The notes below the pieces were generated by a model. The model was not told the DNA's origin. It made no database searches and was given only the letters and a program-made list of their open reading frames with translations. A DNA stretch of 64,000 nt, from contig NC_089430.1 in the NCBI RefSeq assembly GCF_026210795.1, positions 682,001-746,000 of the forward strand, read 5' to 3'. Below are positions 27,701-40,735 of this stretch, in pieces (the stretch's first letter is position 1; each line of letters opens with the position of its first letter). This DNA comes from Rhizophagus irregularis. Taxonomy: Eukaryota. A program made the translations under genes and the position numbers.

Positions 27701-28065
27701 ATTTGATGAAAAAATGTTGGAATGAAAACCCATCAAAAAGGCCATCTTCTAAAAAAGTGTTAAATATTATTAAAAAATGGATTTCTCTTTCTGATAATGT
27801 CAAAATTGAAGATATTAATGAAGAATTAAAATGCAATATTATGGAATTTATAAATGCACCAATTGGGCATAACAATAATCTTGCTACTGAATCTCACCCA
27901 CAGGCATATTATACAAGTCGCTTACTTAGTTTTACTAGTAAACAGTTAAATGAAATTCTCAAAAGTAGAGATTTGCAAGTTTATTATTCAAGTCGATCTA
28001 TTAGTGAAAAAGTGAATGAAATTCTTGAAAGTGAAGATTTACAAGCTAGTGTAAAAAGTGAATAA
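18705..28065 (+). CDS. TKL-like protein kinase with a microexon-encoded N-terminus (~71 exons, ~486 aa predicted)
   Basis: Exons are 18705-18717 (MDDK), 18801-18920, ~66 microexons in 19005-26692, a 1-nt exon at 26779, then 26868-27078 (YGKSGNTIIDNFI..WIPY..KGGFG..VILK) and 27154-28065 (HCDFHDGN, DLG, FMAPE). Phases are consistent and no stop appears. The kinase portion is high confidence; linkage to the upstream exons is inferred. Confidence 0.75.
19907..20287. mobile_element. MITE (hAT-like termini) inserted in an array intron
   Basis: TIR TAAGGATGCTCATTGGTCCTA / TAGGACCAATGATCATCCTTA with many AGGACC/GGTCCT/CAGTC subterminal motifs. The TSD is not clean. Confidence 0.75.
24844..24975. mobile_element. 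Tc1/mariner-pogo-like MITE in an array intron
   Basis: TA TSD and TIR CCGTATTTTGCGGTA..TAAGCA / TGCTTA..TACCACAAAATATGG. Confidence 0.8.
26252..26435. mobile_element. Tc1/mariner-pogo-like MITE in an array intron
   Basis: TA TSD and TIR CAGTGACACCTTTCTAAGTGCAC / GTGCACTTATAGAGGTGTCACTG. Confidence 0.85.
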
Positions 28066-28540
28066 AATGCTACCAGTAAGTAAAGATTAGTATATAAAAA
28101 GAATTAATTTTGCAATTATTTATGTAAAATTAATTTTATTTATTTAATTATTTAGATATTAAAACTGATAAAAAATAACTAGTAAATATTGGTGTTTATA
28201 AGAATTTATAGTTTTTTTATAAGTGATATTTGATGTCATGCATTTAACAGAAATTATTGTTTAGATTTATTTAAACACTAAAGCTAGAGTACTAGTAAAA
28301 TATTTTACAATATTCTTAGTTTGTAATTTAAATAATTCCTTTTTTTATATCTTATTCATATATGTATTTTCTTTTTTTTGAATTATTTAAACACTAAGGC
28401 TAGAGTAGTAAAATTTTACAAATTTCTTAGTTTGTAATTTAAATAAATCTTTTTTTTTAGCTTTCCAATTATTAAATATAACTAGAAATGTGTCTAATAC
28501 CAGGGACTCCATCCCTGGACAACCTTGTCAGTAATGTCAA

Positions 28541-28824
28541 CCCTATAAAAAAAGAAAATTCGGAATTTGTCCTGAAAAGTATGGAAAATGTCCGGAAATT
28601 TTCCATGCGTCCGGAAAACATTCGGAAACGGTCATGTTTTGGAACATTTTCCGGACGCTCGATTCTGGACAAATTCTGGAGTGTCAAGAAAATGTCTGGA
28701 ATTTGTGCGTCCGGAAAATGTTCCAAAACGTGACCGTTTCCGAATGTTTTCCGGACGCACGGAAAATTTCCGGACATTTTCCATACTTTTCAGGACAAAT
28801 TCCGAATTTTCTTTTTTTATAGGG
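28541..28824. mobile_element. Foldback MITE, CACTA/EnSpm-like (CCC termini)
   Basis: Near-perfect ~284-bp palindrome CCCTATAAAAAAAGAAAATTCGGAA...TTCCGAATTTTCTTTTTTTATAGGG with 3-bp TSD CAA and many TCCGGA motifs. Confidence 0.9.
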
Positions 28825-31800
28825 CAATAATTTAATGTGTAATTGTTATTTGTTTAATTAAAATATAATATAATGATAGTAAAATTAAAAGTGAAAATAA
28901 AAGAAAATAAAATAAAAATGTAATAAATAAAATAAAAAGTGAAAAATAAAAAAATAGATTAAAAAAATAAAAAAAAATTTTACATTAATTTAATTGATAT
29001 TTCCCAATTTTGGGAACTTAGTGTAGAAGGATCAATTGGATAAAAAATAGTCATGTTAAATGTTTGTATCAAATCATTTTCATTTAATCTTGTTATACAG
29101 TTGCAGAACCAATAAAGAAATTTATTGCAGTAGATTCTTTATAATTTAAAATATATAAAATTATGGAAAGTTAAGTTGGTATTTTTGTTTATAGATAAAA
29201 AAATAATACAAATATTTTTTTAATAACCCTTATATAAGTTTTGTTTATTGAAATAGTTGGGAAATTTTATTTTATTATGTGTGAAAATATCTAAATTTTA
29301 TGGGAAATTTTTTAACATTTGAAATATTTATGTGAAGTTATATTTTGTATTTTATTTTTATTTTTATTTTTATTTAACAGTAATAGTTAGTGGGTACATA
29401 TTTTGTATTTTATTTTTATTTTTTATTTTTATTTTTATTTTTATTAATGGGCTCCAGTTAGAAACCTAACATGGACATGATTATAAGTAGAAAATTACAT
29501 ATAAGTCAAAATTGACAAAAATACTAACTAAACTACACGCAAAAATAATCTACTCAAACCGGTGGGCAATTAACCAATTAACAGAAAGAAGGTACAATGT
29601 GAAGATACTAAAATTAGACCCTATGACACAAAAATCCAGATAACGCCACTGCCCACTGCCTCCCATACTCTCACCTAAATAAACTAAGCTTTAGTAAGTT
29701 GAAGCCCATACCCCGCAGATTATCAGACCGAAACTGCCAGCCCCTGGTTGATAAAAATCCCCACACTGGTCGATAAAAACAAATTCTCCAAGTGACTACC
29801 CTATAAAAAAGGATTGTCCGGAAAGCATCTACAAAAATGTCCAGAAAATGTCCTGGTATATTTGAATGTGTCCAGAAAATGACCATTTTTCGTCCTAAAA
29901 AATAATCACATCATCCATTCACAAGTTTTTAAATGTCCAGAATATGTACATAAAATTATTAATTGTCCGGAATATGTACAGAATTTTTTTTTAAAAAAAA
30001 AAATTATTAATTTTCTAATACGGAAAATGTCCAGAATTTGTATAGAATTTTTTTTAAAAAAAAAATTGCTGTTTTTCTATACAGAAAATGTCCGGAATAT
30101 GTACAGATTTTTTTAAAAAAAAAAGATTTGCTATGGATTGGAATTTTATTAAAATACAATGGAAGGGATGAACTGATTCACACAAGACCACGAGACAAAA
30201 GCCATTATTGGTTTGAAGGATAGGGTAGATGAATAAGAGGTAACATTCAGGTATAAACCACGTACAATAGGCAGAATGTACTTAAATATTTTTTTGTATT
30301 AGCTCAGAGCGAAGTTAACCTAATAAATAAAATAAATAAAATCAGTAGCTGCGCAGTTCTATATTAGTAAAATTATTATAATTTTATAATTTACAAATCA
30401 CAATGGTAGTAAAATTAAATTATCAACGTATGTCCCAATTGTCACATGTAATAGGGATGGGAACGACTTTACCTTGGTTCTACGAGTCAGATCAAGTTCA
30501 AAAACTGGTTTGGAGTAGAGTTTGGATCTGATGTTGTATAATTTATTACATTAAATCATCTAAATAAAATAAATTAACTTGATCATTATTATTTTTTAAA
30601 TTTTTAGAAAAAATAATTATTTTTTTCGAATTATCTGTTCGTTTAATTATTCAAATAAAAATTTATTATGGAATTTATCATTATCAATAATTGCTTGTTA
30701 TTTACAATATTAGTATTATAAATTGTTATTATTAATTGTTCGCTATTGCTATTTGCCACTACAAAATTCTGATTTAAGTTTTCATATGTAGCTAGACTTA
30801 AAAAAAAAAATAAAAAGATTGGTCATCATAGGGATGATCATTTTTTTCATTTTTTTATGACATCTTATTTATTTATTTTTAAACACAACACAATAATATA
30901 AATTGTAGATAAAGGTATACTTTATTGTAAAACAATTTCTAGGCAGATTTAATAAATTTGTGAGATTCCACATGAAAACCACAAAATTAACACAAATACA
31001 AAAGAAATTTTAACATTGTTATTTCAGATCTGGAGATCTACTTCACTAAATACTATAAGTCTATCCTGCTTATATATTGTATTGAGATTAAAGATTGAAC
31101 GAAGGTCTGCAACTCTGCATAAAACTAAAGTAAAATTAAATATTTAACAAAACAGGTGGTCAGATGATTTTTGCACTAATGAATCATGTGTCAATTTTTG
31201 AAGATCATTTGTTAGGGTATTTTCTGACGTGCTTGAATAATACGGGTCAGATTTGGTGATAGGTATCATAAGAAGGAAAAGGGTCTTGAGGTATCCACTA
31301 GACAATATTCTTTGAAGTTAGCATTCGTGTGTAATTTCTTCTTTTCTGGATAAATCTTATCAGAACGTGGGAGTTTTTGAGCAAAAATAATTTTTGCTAA
31401 TCATCTTTGTAAATTTTTAAGAAATGTTGATAATAAATTTTTTAAAGCTGATGAGGGAGCTATCGGTCTATTTGCACTGCAGCATTGTGCTAAACCTGAT
31501 CTAAAACTTCACACCTAAAAGACAAAGAAAAAAAAATTAAAAAAAAAAATTAAAAAAATGAAAAAATAAGGGAAAAAGTTTCAAAATGAAAAAAGATTTA
31601 GTGCTTACAGTGTACAGTAGTATCACATCCAATAAGTACGTCTCATCCAATCTGAATCTAAAGACTTAAAAAGAAAGGAGTATAAAAAAGGAATAAAAAA
31701 TGAAAAAAAGAGATATATAGCACTTACATAATGCCACAACATCATACAGAATCCAATCTAGCTCTTCTTGAACCTAAAAGAAGAAAACTAAAGAAAGAAA

Positions 31801-32439
31801 GTTAATAAAAAGTATTAATTAAAATAATCAAATAAAGGAAAAATTCACAATGAAAAAAAAAGAACCCAGCACTTACTATAGTACCGCAGCAGTAGGTGCA
31901 CAATCTGATCCAAGCCCTCCTCTCCCGAATCTAAATTAGAAAAATAATAAAGGAAAAATATTAGTAAATATAAACAAAAAGAATGAATGAATGAAACAGG
32001 AAAAAAGAGTGAAAAAAAGAAATTAATTCTTACTGTTGCATTACGCTGAAACTTCTGAATCTAAGGTAAAAAGATATTAATAAATAATAATAATAAAAAT
32101 TTATTTTGAAACGAAAAAGAAATGAGAATTGACACTTACCATTGTATTATTCCATCTGACCTATGAGTTCCCGATCTCAGGAGATGAAAAGAAAAAAAAT
32201 TATTGGCAAATTAATAAAAAAAAAAGAAAAACTTTTCAAAAAATATTTGGAACTTACTGTGGCACTGCAACCACACGCTGAAACCTATCCAAGACTTCCT
32301 GATCTTAAAAGAAGAAAATGAAGGAAAGAAAAAAATTGAAAAAATTTAATAAAAAAAAATTAGTGAAAATCAAAAAAAAAATAAATAAATCAAAAAAAAA
32401 ACAAATAAAAAAAGAATCTGATGCCTACTATGGTACTAT

Positions 32440-32638
32440 TCCTATAAAAAATTTTTATCCGAATATTTCCATTCTTTCTCTGTGTCTTCTATAAAAAATT
32501 CTGTGAAAATGATACATTCACGGATATCTGTATTAGCGAGATGAAAATTTCCATGATTTAAGGCTATAAATTCCATGAAAATGATACATTCATGGAAAAA
32601 CATGGAAAGATAAAACACAGATCATATTTTTTACAGGG
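32440..32638. mobile_element. Degenerate CCCTATAAAAA-family MITE
   Basis: TCCTATAAAAAAT ... ATTTTTTTACAGGG with TAT on both sides. Confidence 0.6.
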
Positions 32639-32847
32639 TATGGTACTGCAACATCAATCCGAACTCAAACTGATCCTAAAAGAAGGAAAATAAAGAAAAA
32701 AATTTAATAAAAAAAATAGTAAAATAAAAATTAATAAAAAAAAAGAAAAAAAAAAGAATCTAACACTTACTATGGTACTGCAACATCAAGTTAAAACTGT
32801 TCCAAGGCTTTCTGATCATAAAAGAAGAAAAATAAAGGAAAGAAATA

Positions 32848-33142
32848 GGACCCCGGATATCTCCAAAACAGGTCATAAGTCACACTTTCGGCAGATTGGC
32901 ACATTTTTCAGGGGCTCAAAAAATCGTTTTTTGTAAATATCTCGGCATCCAGTGGTCCAATTTTGATGAACTTTTTTTTAAATTGTAGAGCTAAATGAGG
33001 GCTACAAAATAAAAAAAAGTTCATTAAAATTGAATTACTGGATGCTGAGATATTTACAAAAAACGATTTTTTGAGTTTCAGCAAAAAGGGGTGTTTTTGG
33101 CCAAAAGTCCATTATGACCTTTATATTAGATATCCGGGGTCC
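32848..33142. mobile_element. MITE with TA TSD
   Basis: TIR GGACCCCGGATATCT / AGATATCCGGGGTCC and a long internal inverted repeat (AAAAAATCGTTTTTTGTAAATATCTC / GAGATATTTACAAAAAACGATTTTTT). Confidence 0.9.
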
Positions 33143-33875
33143 TAAAGAAATAAATAGAAAAAAATTTAATAAAAAAAATAGTGAAAAATAAATAATAATA
33201 AAAGAAATGAAAAAGAAACTGGGCACTTACTATAGCATAAAAAATAATGATTGTTTTATTGTGTTTAAGCCCAAGTCATGTTCTAACATCATCACCATGA
33301 ATATTACGTCAAGTAAAGAAAATAAGAGTTATATCTATTAAATATAATTTATATCATTAATTGCATATAAATACATTATCATTATGAAAAGTGTGTAATT
33401 ATATCTAATAGATCATAGAATAAAAAACATTAAAATGATACATACTTCTGCTACTACAGCATCACCACCACCTACTTCACAATCTTTTCAACATGGATTC
33501 CAATTTGTTATATTGATATGATGAATGGGATTTAAATAACCAAATTCCCTCAATTTAAGATCCACTCAACATAAAGCTGATTCCTAAAAAAAAAATCCCT
33601 AAACATTAAGTAATTAAAAAATAATAATAATAAAAGAGTTCCAAATTTCAGAAGTTATTTAAAAAAGAAAAAATTCACGCTGATGCTTCATCTTTATTAA
33701 ATTTTTTTTGCCAAGTAGTACAAATATAAACCTCCCTTCTTGTGATACATATCGGATATCAATATTTTAATCAGGAGATTAAGTTGATCATGCTCTGTCG
33801 CTCAGTGTAAAAATATCTTTGAATTTAACACACTTTTATAAATAAAATTCCCTTTTTTAATTTTTCAATTTTATA

Positions 33876-36800
33876 ATGTCAGAAAAAGTATTGTGTAAAT
33901 GTTTTATTTGTAAAGCAAAAAACCCTGAATTAGGCGGTAAGTATCATACCTTTCCAACTGTAAAAAAGCATAGAAAAAAAGAACTTGAATGGATAAAAAA
34001 TACAAATATGAATAGCCAAAGTATTGAAGTAAGGTGAGTTTTTTCAGTTTAATACTAAGTAAACTAAAAACTTAACTAATTTTTATTTATATTAATAAAA
34101 GTGATAGGGGCGATAATATACAATTTCAAGATTTTTATCAAAATACTGATTTAACTATGGATGAGTTTCATGATAAATTATTACAAGATAATAATTTAAA
34201 TAATGATAATGACTTACAAGATTTAAGTGACAATGATAACTCGCTAGATGATAACAATTATGATAACTTAGAGGATTATGAAAATTCAAGTGATGGTAGC
34301 TTAAAGGATTATGAAAATTCAAGTGATGGTAGCTTAGAGGATTATGAAAATTCAAGCAATGGTAGCTTAGAGGATTATGAAAATTCAAGCAATGGTAGCT
34401 TGCAAGATGATTATTATATGCAAGAATTAGATCAAGAATATAATAATTATGATGCACAAGAAACATCATTTACGGACGACTTAAATAATAGTAAGCTTTG
34501 ATTTATATCTTTATATTATATTTAAATAATAGCTTATATAGTATTGCTAACGAAATTTCAACTTATATAGATGACTTCAAATTAAATATATCTCAAGACT
34601 TGGCACAAGCATTACGACTTTTTGAAATTAAAGTTCGATGCAATTTAACTGATAACGCATTGAATCAGATCATGAGAGCAAGCAATATTTCAATCAGTAT
34701 TTATCAAATAAAAAAAACATTAAAAAAATTGGTAAATACTGAACCACAGTGGATTGATATGTGTATTAATTCCTGTTGTGCATATACAGGACAATTTGAG
34801 AATGAAATGCTATGTCCTTATTGCAATAAATCTAGGTATGATCAAAAAAAAACCGCGTTACCAATTTGCGTGTTTTTCCCTTATAAAGCATTTAAAAATA
34901 CAATATGAGAATCCAAATTGTGCAAATGAGTTACGTTATCAATATATATACATAACATGTAATGGATTTGGCGAAGATGGTAAAATAGGAGATGTATTTG
35001 ATGGAAAATGTTATTTAGATCTTTTGAAAATAGGATAAATTCAAGATGAGCATGATATTGCTTTAACTGGCTCTGTAGATGGTTATCAGATCTTTCGTCA
35101 AAAAACTGAAACTTGCTGGATATTATTATTTATCAATGCAAATCTTTCACCAGAAAAATGGGTACTTAAGGAAAATTTATTAATTACATCAATAATTCCT
35201 GGACCAAAGGAGCCAAAAGATTTTAACTCATTCATGAATCCAATAGTTGATGAACTTAAGGAATTAGCCAGTTAAGTTTTATTTACAATTATAATTATTA
35301 TAATGTAATTAAATAATTAAACTATTTTTAATTAAAATCTTTTATCTTATAAAGGAGGTACTGACTGTATAGATGGCAATACCAAGAATCATTTTATTTT
35401 AAAAGCACATGTTTTGTCATGGTCGGGTGATACACCTGGCCTGACAAAACTAAAGTGTTTTACTGGCCATAATTCATATAAGGGATGTCGCTATTGTAAT
35501 ATTAAAGGAATCTGTGTAAAACATGTATACTTTTCTACCATTCCTCCGATAGGATCCAATAATTTAATGAGCTACGATGCAAATAATTTACCCTTAAGAT
35601 CACATGAAGAATATGAAAAAATAATACGAAATTTAAATTGTATAATAACACAACAAGCAATTGAATCTTTACAACGAAATTATGGTAAGTTTTTATTAAT
35701 CTATTATAATAAATATACTATCTAATAATAATATATATTAACTATAATATCAGGAATAAAAAATCAAAGTATATTATATGATCTACCTTCAATCAAATTT
35801 CCATCTTCTTTTGCATTAGATATAATGCACCTAATGTTTGAAAATGTTGCAAAATATATGGTTAAGCATTGGTTTGGTGTATTTTTCAAAAATGTTGGCG
35901 AAAATAGTAATAAACCATATATACTTAATAAAACTATATGGACCGAAATTGGAAATCTAATGCATACAGCTCGTAAAATGATTCCATCTTATCTTGGACG
36001 CCCACCTCGTAATATTACTCTTTATTATAATAGTTATAAGGCAGAAGAATGGATGGCCTGGATTATTATGTATTCCTTACCTTTGTTAAAAGATAAGCTT
36101 TCAATAAAATATTATGAAGGTTGGGCTTTATTTGTTAAAGCAGTTAGATTATGTAAAAAATTATGTTTATTTGAAGAAGATATATCAGAAATTAAAATTT
36201 TATTATTAAATTTTTATAAGCATTACGAAAAGTAAGTATACATTAATTTATTTAATTAATTTTTAAAAAAATTAATAATATTATTTAATGCAAAATATTT
36301 ATTATATTTCATTATAATATTTTAAATTAATATTTTTATTACTTTATTTTATTTGTAGAGAATATTATGGCGGTATTAAAGAAAATATCAGTGCAATAAA
36401 ACTTTGTTTTCATTACTTATTACATGTAACTGATAGTATTAGAAATACAGGTCCTTGTTGGGCCACTTGGCAATTTCCCATGGAGCGTATATGCGGAATG
36501 TTAATTCCATTGGCAAAATCATGTTTACATCCCTATAAAAATATTATTAATAACGTATATCTTATGGAATTATTTAACCATCTCCCTTATCATGAAATTT
36601 ATCAACATGTTTTTTTATCAAAATCATCTCCAAAGCAATATGCTCAGCATTTAATATATACTGATGAATATTATTTTGAAGAATTTTATTTTCCTACTAA
36701 AAAACATATTCTTTCACAAATTCAACTTAAAAAAATAAAAGAAAATTTATCAACATCATATAATAATATAACTGATTTAAATTTAAATGTAAGTACAGTT

Positions 36801-37380
36801 TGATTAAATATTATTATCATATTTTAATTTTCAACTATTTTTAAATATATTAACTATTAATTTATTTAGAGTTTACCAAAAGAAGGTATAATGTATGGAC
36901 GGATGTTAACCAAAAATAAATATTTTATTGGATCAAAATGGATTAATAAGAATAATGATTGGGCAAGAATTAATCATACTGTAAAAGTAAATATTCCAGT
37001 TTTATATATTATTGTAGTGTTTATTAATTATAATAAATTACAATATTTTTATTTTATATATTTTTTAGGTACAAATTGAAGTTGATAAATGGGCGAATTT
37101 CAAATATCGCGAATCTGAATTTGTAACAAAAACTTTTTATGGAATTATTGAATTCTTTTTTTTATATGAATTTAATGATCAAAAAAAAATGTTAGCGTAT
37201 ATTCAGTGGACAAAACCAGTTACTGAAGATAATGTAGGAGTATTATTATTTAGTGGATTTAGTTATTATGATTTTATAAGAGTATCAGCTATTGATTGTT
37301 GTGTTGGCTTTTTTCCATTAGGAAATAAATATTGTATTATAGATAGAGATAAGGATATAGCTGAAATTTCAAAAGATTAG
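33876..37380 (+). pseudogene. CACTA/EnSpm Tnp2 (Transposase_21-like) transposase, multi-exon, inactivated
   Basis: Motifs MSEKVLCKCFIC, IDMCINSCCAY..CPYC, DVFDG, SVDGYQIF, IIPGPKEPKDFNSF, GDTPG..GHNSYKGCRYC, DIMHLMFENV, RPPRNI..YKAEEW and HYLLH..GPCWATWQFPMER. There is a frameshift in the A-run near 34850 and a TAA at 35036-35038. Confidence 0.9.
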
Positions 37381-38689
37381 TAATTTATTTTTTGTATTTT
37401 ATACATATAATAAATAATAAATTGCTAAACGTATTAGTCGTATTACCATCTGATAATTGGGATGATCTGCAACATATATATAAACCAGCCACTGGATATG
37501 TTGATCTTATACGTATGATGTGGGGTGGATCCGTGGATGTCACATAAATCAGAATGTGCCACAGAATTGCATATAATTATTTTTTGCCACCACATTTTTT
37601 TATTACACAAAAAAAATCATTGGGCATTACGTTTAAATTAACCTGTATAAATTAATTTTAAATTGCTGATCTGAATTCTTTATAGCTAAGACCCGCTTGA
37701 TTAGCAAGTCATATTGTTATATATAATCCAATTCCGGTTAATGAAATTTTAATCGACCGATTTACATATTTTTTTTTCAATTTTATTTTTTTCATTTTTT
37801 TTAAACCTATTTTTAAAATTTTATCTTTTCTTCCGAACCAAATTACCAAATTGAATTCTTTCAGTTCCCTTTTTTTTAATTTTCTTTTTTTTTCTTGAAT
37901 CGATCTTTTACTTTCAGTTCTTTCTTTTTTTTAAAAGTTTCCTCTTTTCTCTTTTAAACCTTTTTCCTTGTTCTTTCCCTTTTTCTTTTCCTTTTTTTTA
38001 AAAAAAATTTTCATTTTTTTCCCTCTTTTTTTGGTTTGGTTTTTTTTCCAACCCGAGAATTTTATTGGTTTTTTTCCAAACTGAAATTTTTTTTATTGGT
38101 CTTTTAAGATCGATTTTTTTTTATATTATTATTTTTTTCAGTCTTTTTTTTAGACCGTATTATTAATTTATTTTAAAATTTTTTTTTTCAGTCTTTTTGG
38201 ACCAGATTATTGTTCTTTCTTTTCAGAATTTTTTTCGGTGCTTATTTTTTTTACAGATTCCTTTTTTTCTTTTCTTATCTTTTTTCTTTTCCCTCAAATT
38301 TTATTTTTATCTTTTTTTCAATTTTCTTCATTGTTATTTTTTTTTCTCAAATCACATTCTTAAACCATTTAGATTTGGATCGGTGATCAGATTGATAGCA
38401 CCATGGTAATTGCCTTTTTTCCGATTCTTATTATTATTATTAGTAATAATATTTTCCCTAATTATTTTTTAGGCTCAATATAAATAGACTGATGTATAAT
38501 TTACTTATTTATTTTTTGTAACAATAGATCGGTTTAGTAAATTCTATGGGAAATATTTTTTTCATGACAATAGATTGTTATAATTGAATTTTTTTTCATA
38601 TTACAATGATCAAGAAGAAAGAATCTAATAAAAAATGAAATAATAATGGAGTAATGGAATGTAATGGAAGATGAAAGAGAGTAAAAAAG

Positions 38690-38990
38690 AGTAGTGAAAA
38701 GTGATAGGAAACAAAAAGGAGAAATATGGTATGATGGTAGATGAAGAGGAGTAATGGGAGATAAAAGGAGTGATGAGGAGAAGTGATAGGAGACGGAAAG
38801 GAGTGATGGAAAGATGAAGAGAAGTGATGGAAGACGAAAAGGAGTGATGGGAGACGAAGAGGAGTTATGAGAGATAAAAAGGAGTGATGGGAGACAAAAA
38901 GAAGTGATGGAAAGATGAAGAGGAGTGATGGGAGGTAAAAAGGAGTGATGGGAGACGAAGAGGAGTGACGAAAAGAAGTGATGGGAGACG
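38690..38990 (+). repeat. Purine-rich ~20-bp minisatellite
   Basis: Repeated GGAGTGATGGGAGACGAA(GA/AA). Confidence 0.85.
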
Positions 38991-39239
38991 TGTGTTATTA
39001 TTACTCTCTTTATTACTCTCTTACTTGATGGGCAAGTATCATTCCCGTCACAATGTGATGGGTTACACCTAGTTGAATCTAAAGTAATTCATAATACTCT
39101 TTTTTAGTAGTATTAATTAATTTTATTTATTGATAGAAGATACATTATTTAATTTTTTAAAATATTCATTAATTTTTTTTATTCTTTCTACACTTAAATT
39201 ATCCCATACTTTTTGCTTTACAAAGAAATCTAAGTAATT

Positions 39240-39520
39240 CATTCCTATAATAAAAGGAAAAGAGACGGTAAGTAATGTTCCTTACGAAAAATACAAAAAA
39301 AAAGATAATGAACTACTTAACTCAAAGAAGATGAATTGCTGTTTAAAAAGTTCATTCTAACCAGTTTCTATAAAGAAAAAAAGAAAAGGAGTGATTAGTA
39401 ACGTTCCTAAAAGAAAAATACCAAAAAAAAGATAAAGAAACACCATCTACCTCAGAAAAGGTGAAATTGCTGTTTCAAAAGTTCATTCTAACCAGTTCCT
39501 ATAATAAAAAAAAATGAATG
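39240..39520 (-). repeat. ~130-bp tandem exon+intron-like repeat (2-3 units)
   Basis: Duplicated AATTGCTGTTT.AAAAGTTCATTCTAACCAGTT.CTATAA. The spacer resembles the reverse complement of the 4.6-6.0 kb unit. Confidence 0.6.
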
Positions 39521-40735
39521 GTTAAACATATTTCTAATTAAAGAACATAAAAAAAAGATAAACTTTCTGCATTTACCTAAAAGAAGTAAATTGATCATAT
39601 TTTTGAGTTGTGAAATGTTTTTATTATTCTTAGTTACCAGTAGAATATTAAAAAAAAAGCACTCAGATCGCAGATAATCAACCAATTCACATACTTCACA
39701 TGAGATGCATGAGCTTCAATCCGAGATACACAATGATTATCAAATAATAGTTTTTAATGAATATTTATTAATCTGAATAATATGTAGTTTACCGGCCAAA
39801 TAAAGAAGTACCAGTTCAGGGATGATCATAAGACTTTCAAGCTAAACTATATTAAGTTAATTTAATATCAAGCTAAGCTATATCAAGTTAATTTAATTTA
39901 AGTATCATTAAATAAGGAAATGTTCCCCATGATTGATATTAAACAAACAGTTAAAACTGATATACATGATATACATGATCAGAAAACTACGTAATTAACA
40001 TCTTTTTTATTATGTACTTTAGTGTGAGAATTTTCATTTCATGTGAAAAAAAATTCCACCCTTTTTTTTTATAAAAAATATATTGCACAAAAAAAAAAAG
40101 GTTTACTCCTATTTAAAAAAAATTCTCCCCTTACTTTAAACTTCGGAATTTCAAGTACAGTATGCAAGTTAAATTTTCCAAATAGAGTTCATGTGGAATG
40201 TAAAAATAAAAAAATATTGTTAAATAAAAGTTATTTAATAGTATAAAAATACATTTTTTATTAAATTTATTGCGTAAAATATTTTTTAATTTTAAACTTT
40301 CAGTTATAAATGTCCTTTATCAGATATCTGATTGATTACCAAATGAATAATTGATCGGTCCAATAACAGTTTAGCTTTATTTATTATTTTTATAAATGTA
40401 ATGTTATATTTTGTTTAAATACACAATAATTTTACTCTTTAAATGTCTATTTTTTTATGAAAATAAAAGTCAAAGATATCGCACACAAATGTTATTTACT
40501 AGATTGACATGCAGTAACTAATACCAGATGAATCTCTAGATTTACGATATTTACAGAAAAATAGCACGTTTAAAATGTATGAAAAAGGTTGATTGGACTG
40601 ATTGTATGTTGATTTTCTATAGGGAGTTTATTGTAAGATGTGGATTTATCAATATATTATAAATAGTATATAATTTTCTCAAACGCGAATGCAATTTTAT
40701 TCTCTAGATATTTTTTGCTCGCGTTTTTAAAAGTG

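Larger units (their letters stand above)
31500..33235 (-). repeat. Diverged tandem array (~9 units) of 30-55-nt exons and T-rich introns on the minus strand
   Basis: On the + strand, recurrent CACTTAC (GTAAGTG donor) and (C)CTAAAAG (acceptor) flank related TATGGTACTGCAAC...TGAAT/TGAT segments, separated by A-rich spacers. Confidence 0.7.

Noticed and set aside
28472..28830. Four overlapping ORFs on both strands
   Set aside because: Artefacts of the palindromic MITE.
29450..29798. Possible LINE 3' remnant on the minus strand
   Set aside because: Only compositional hints, with no diagnostic motif.
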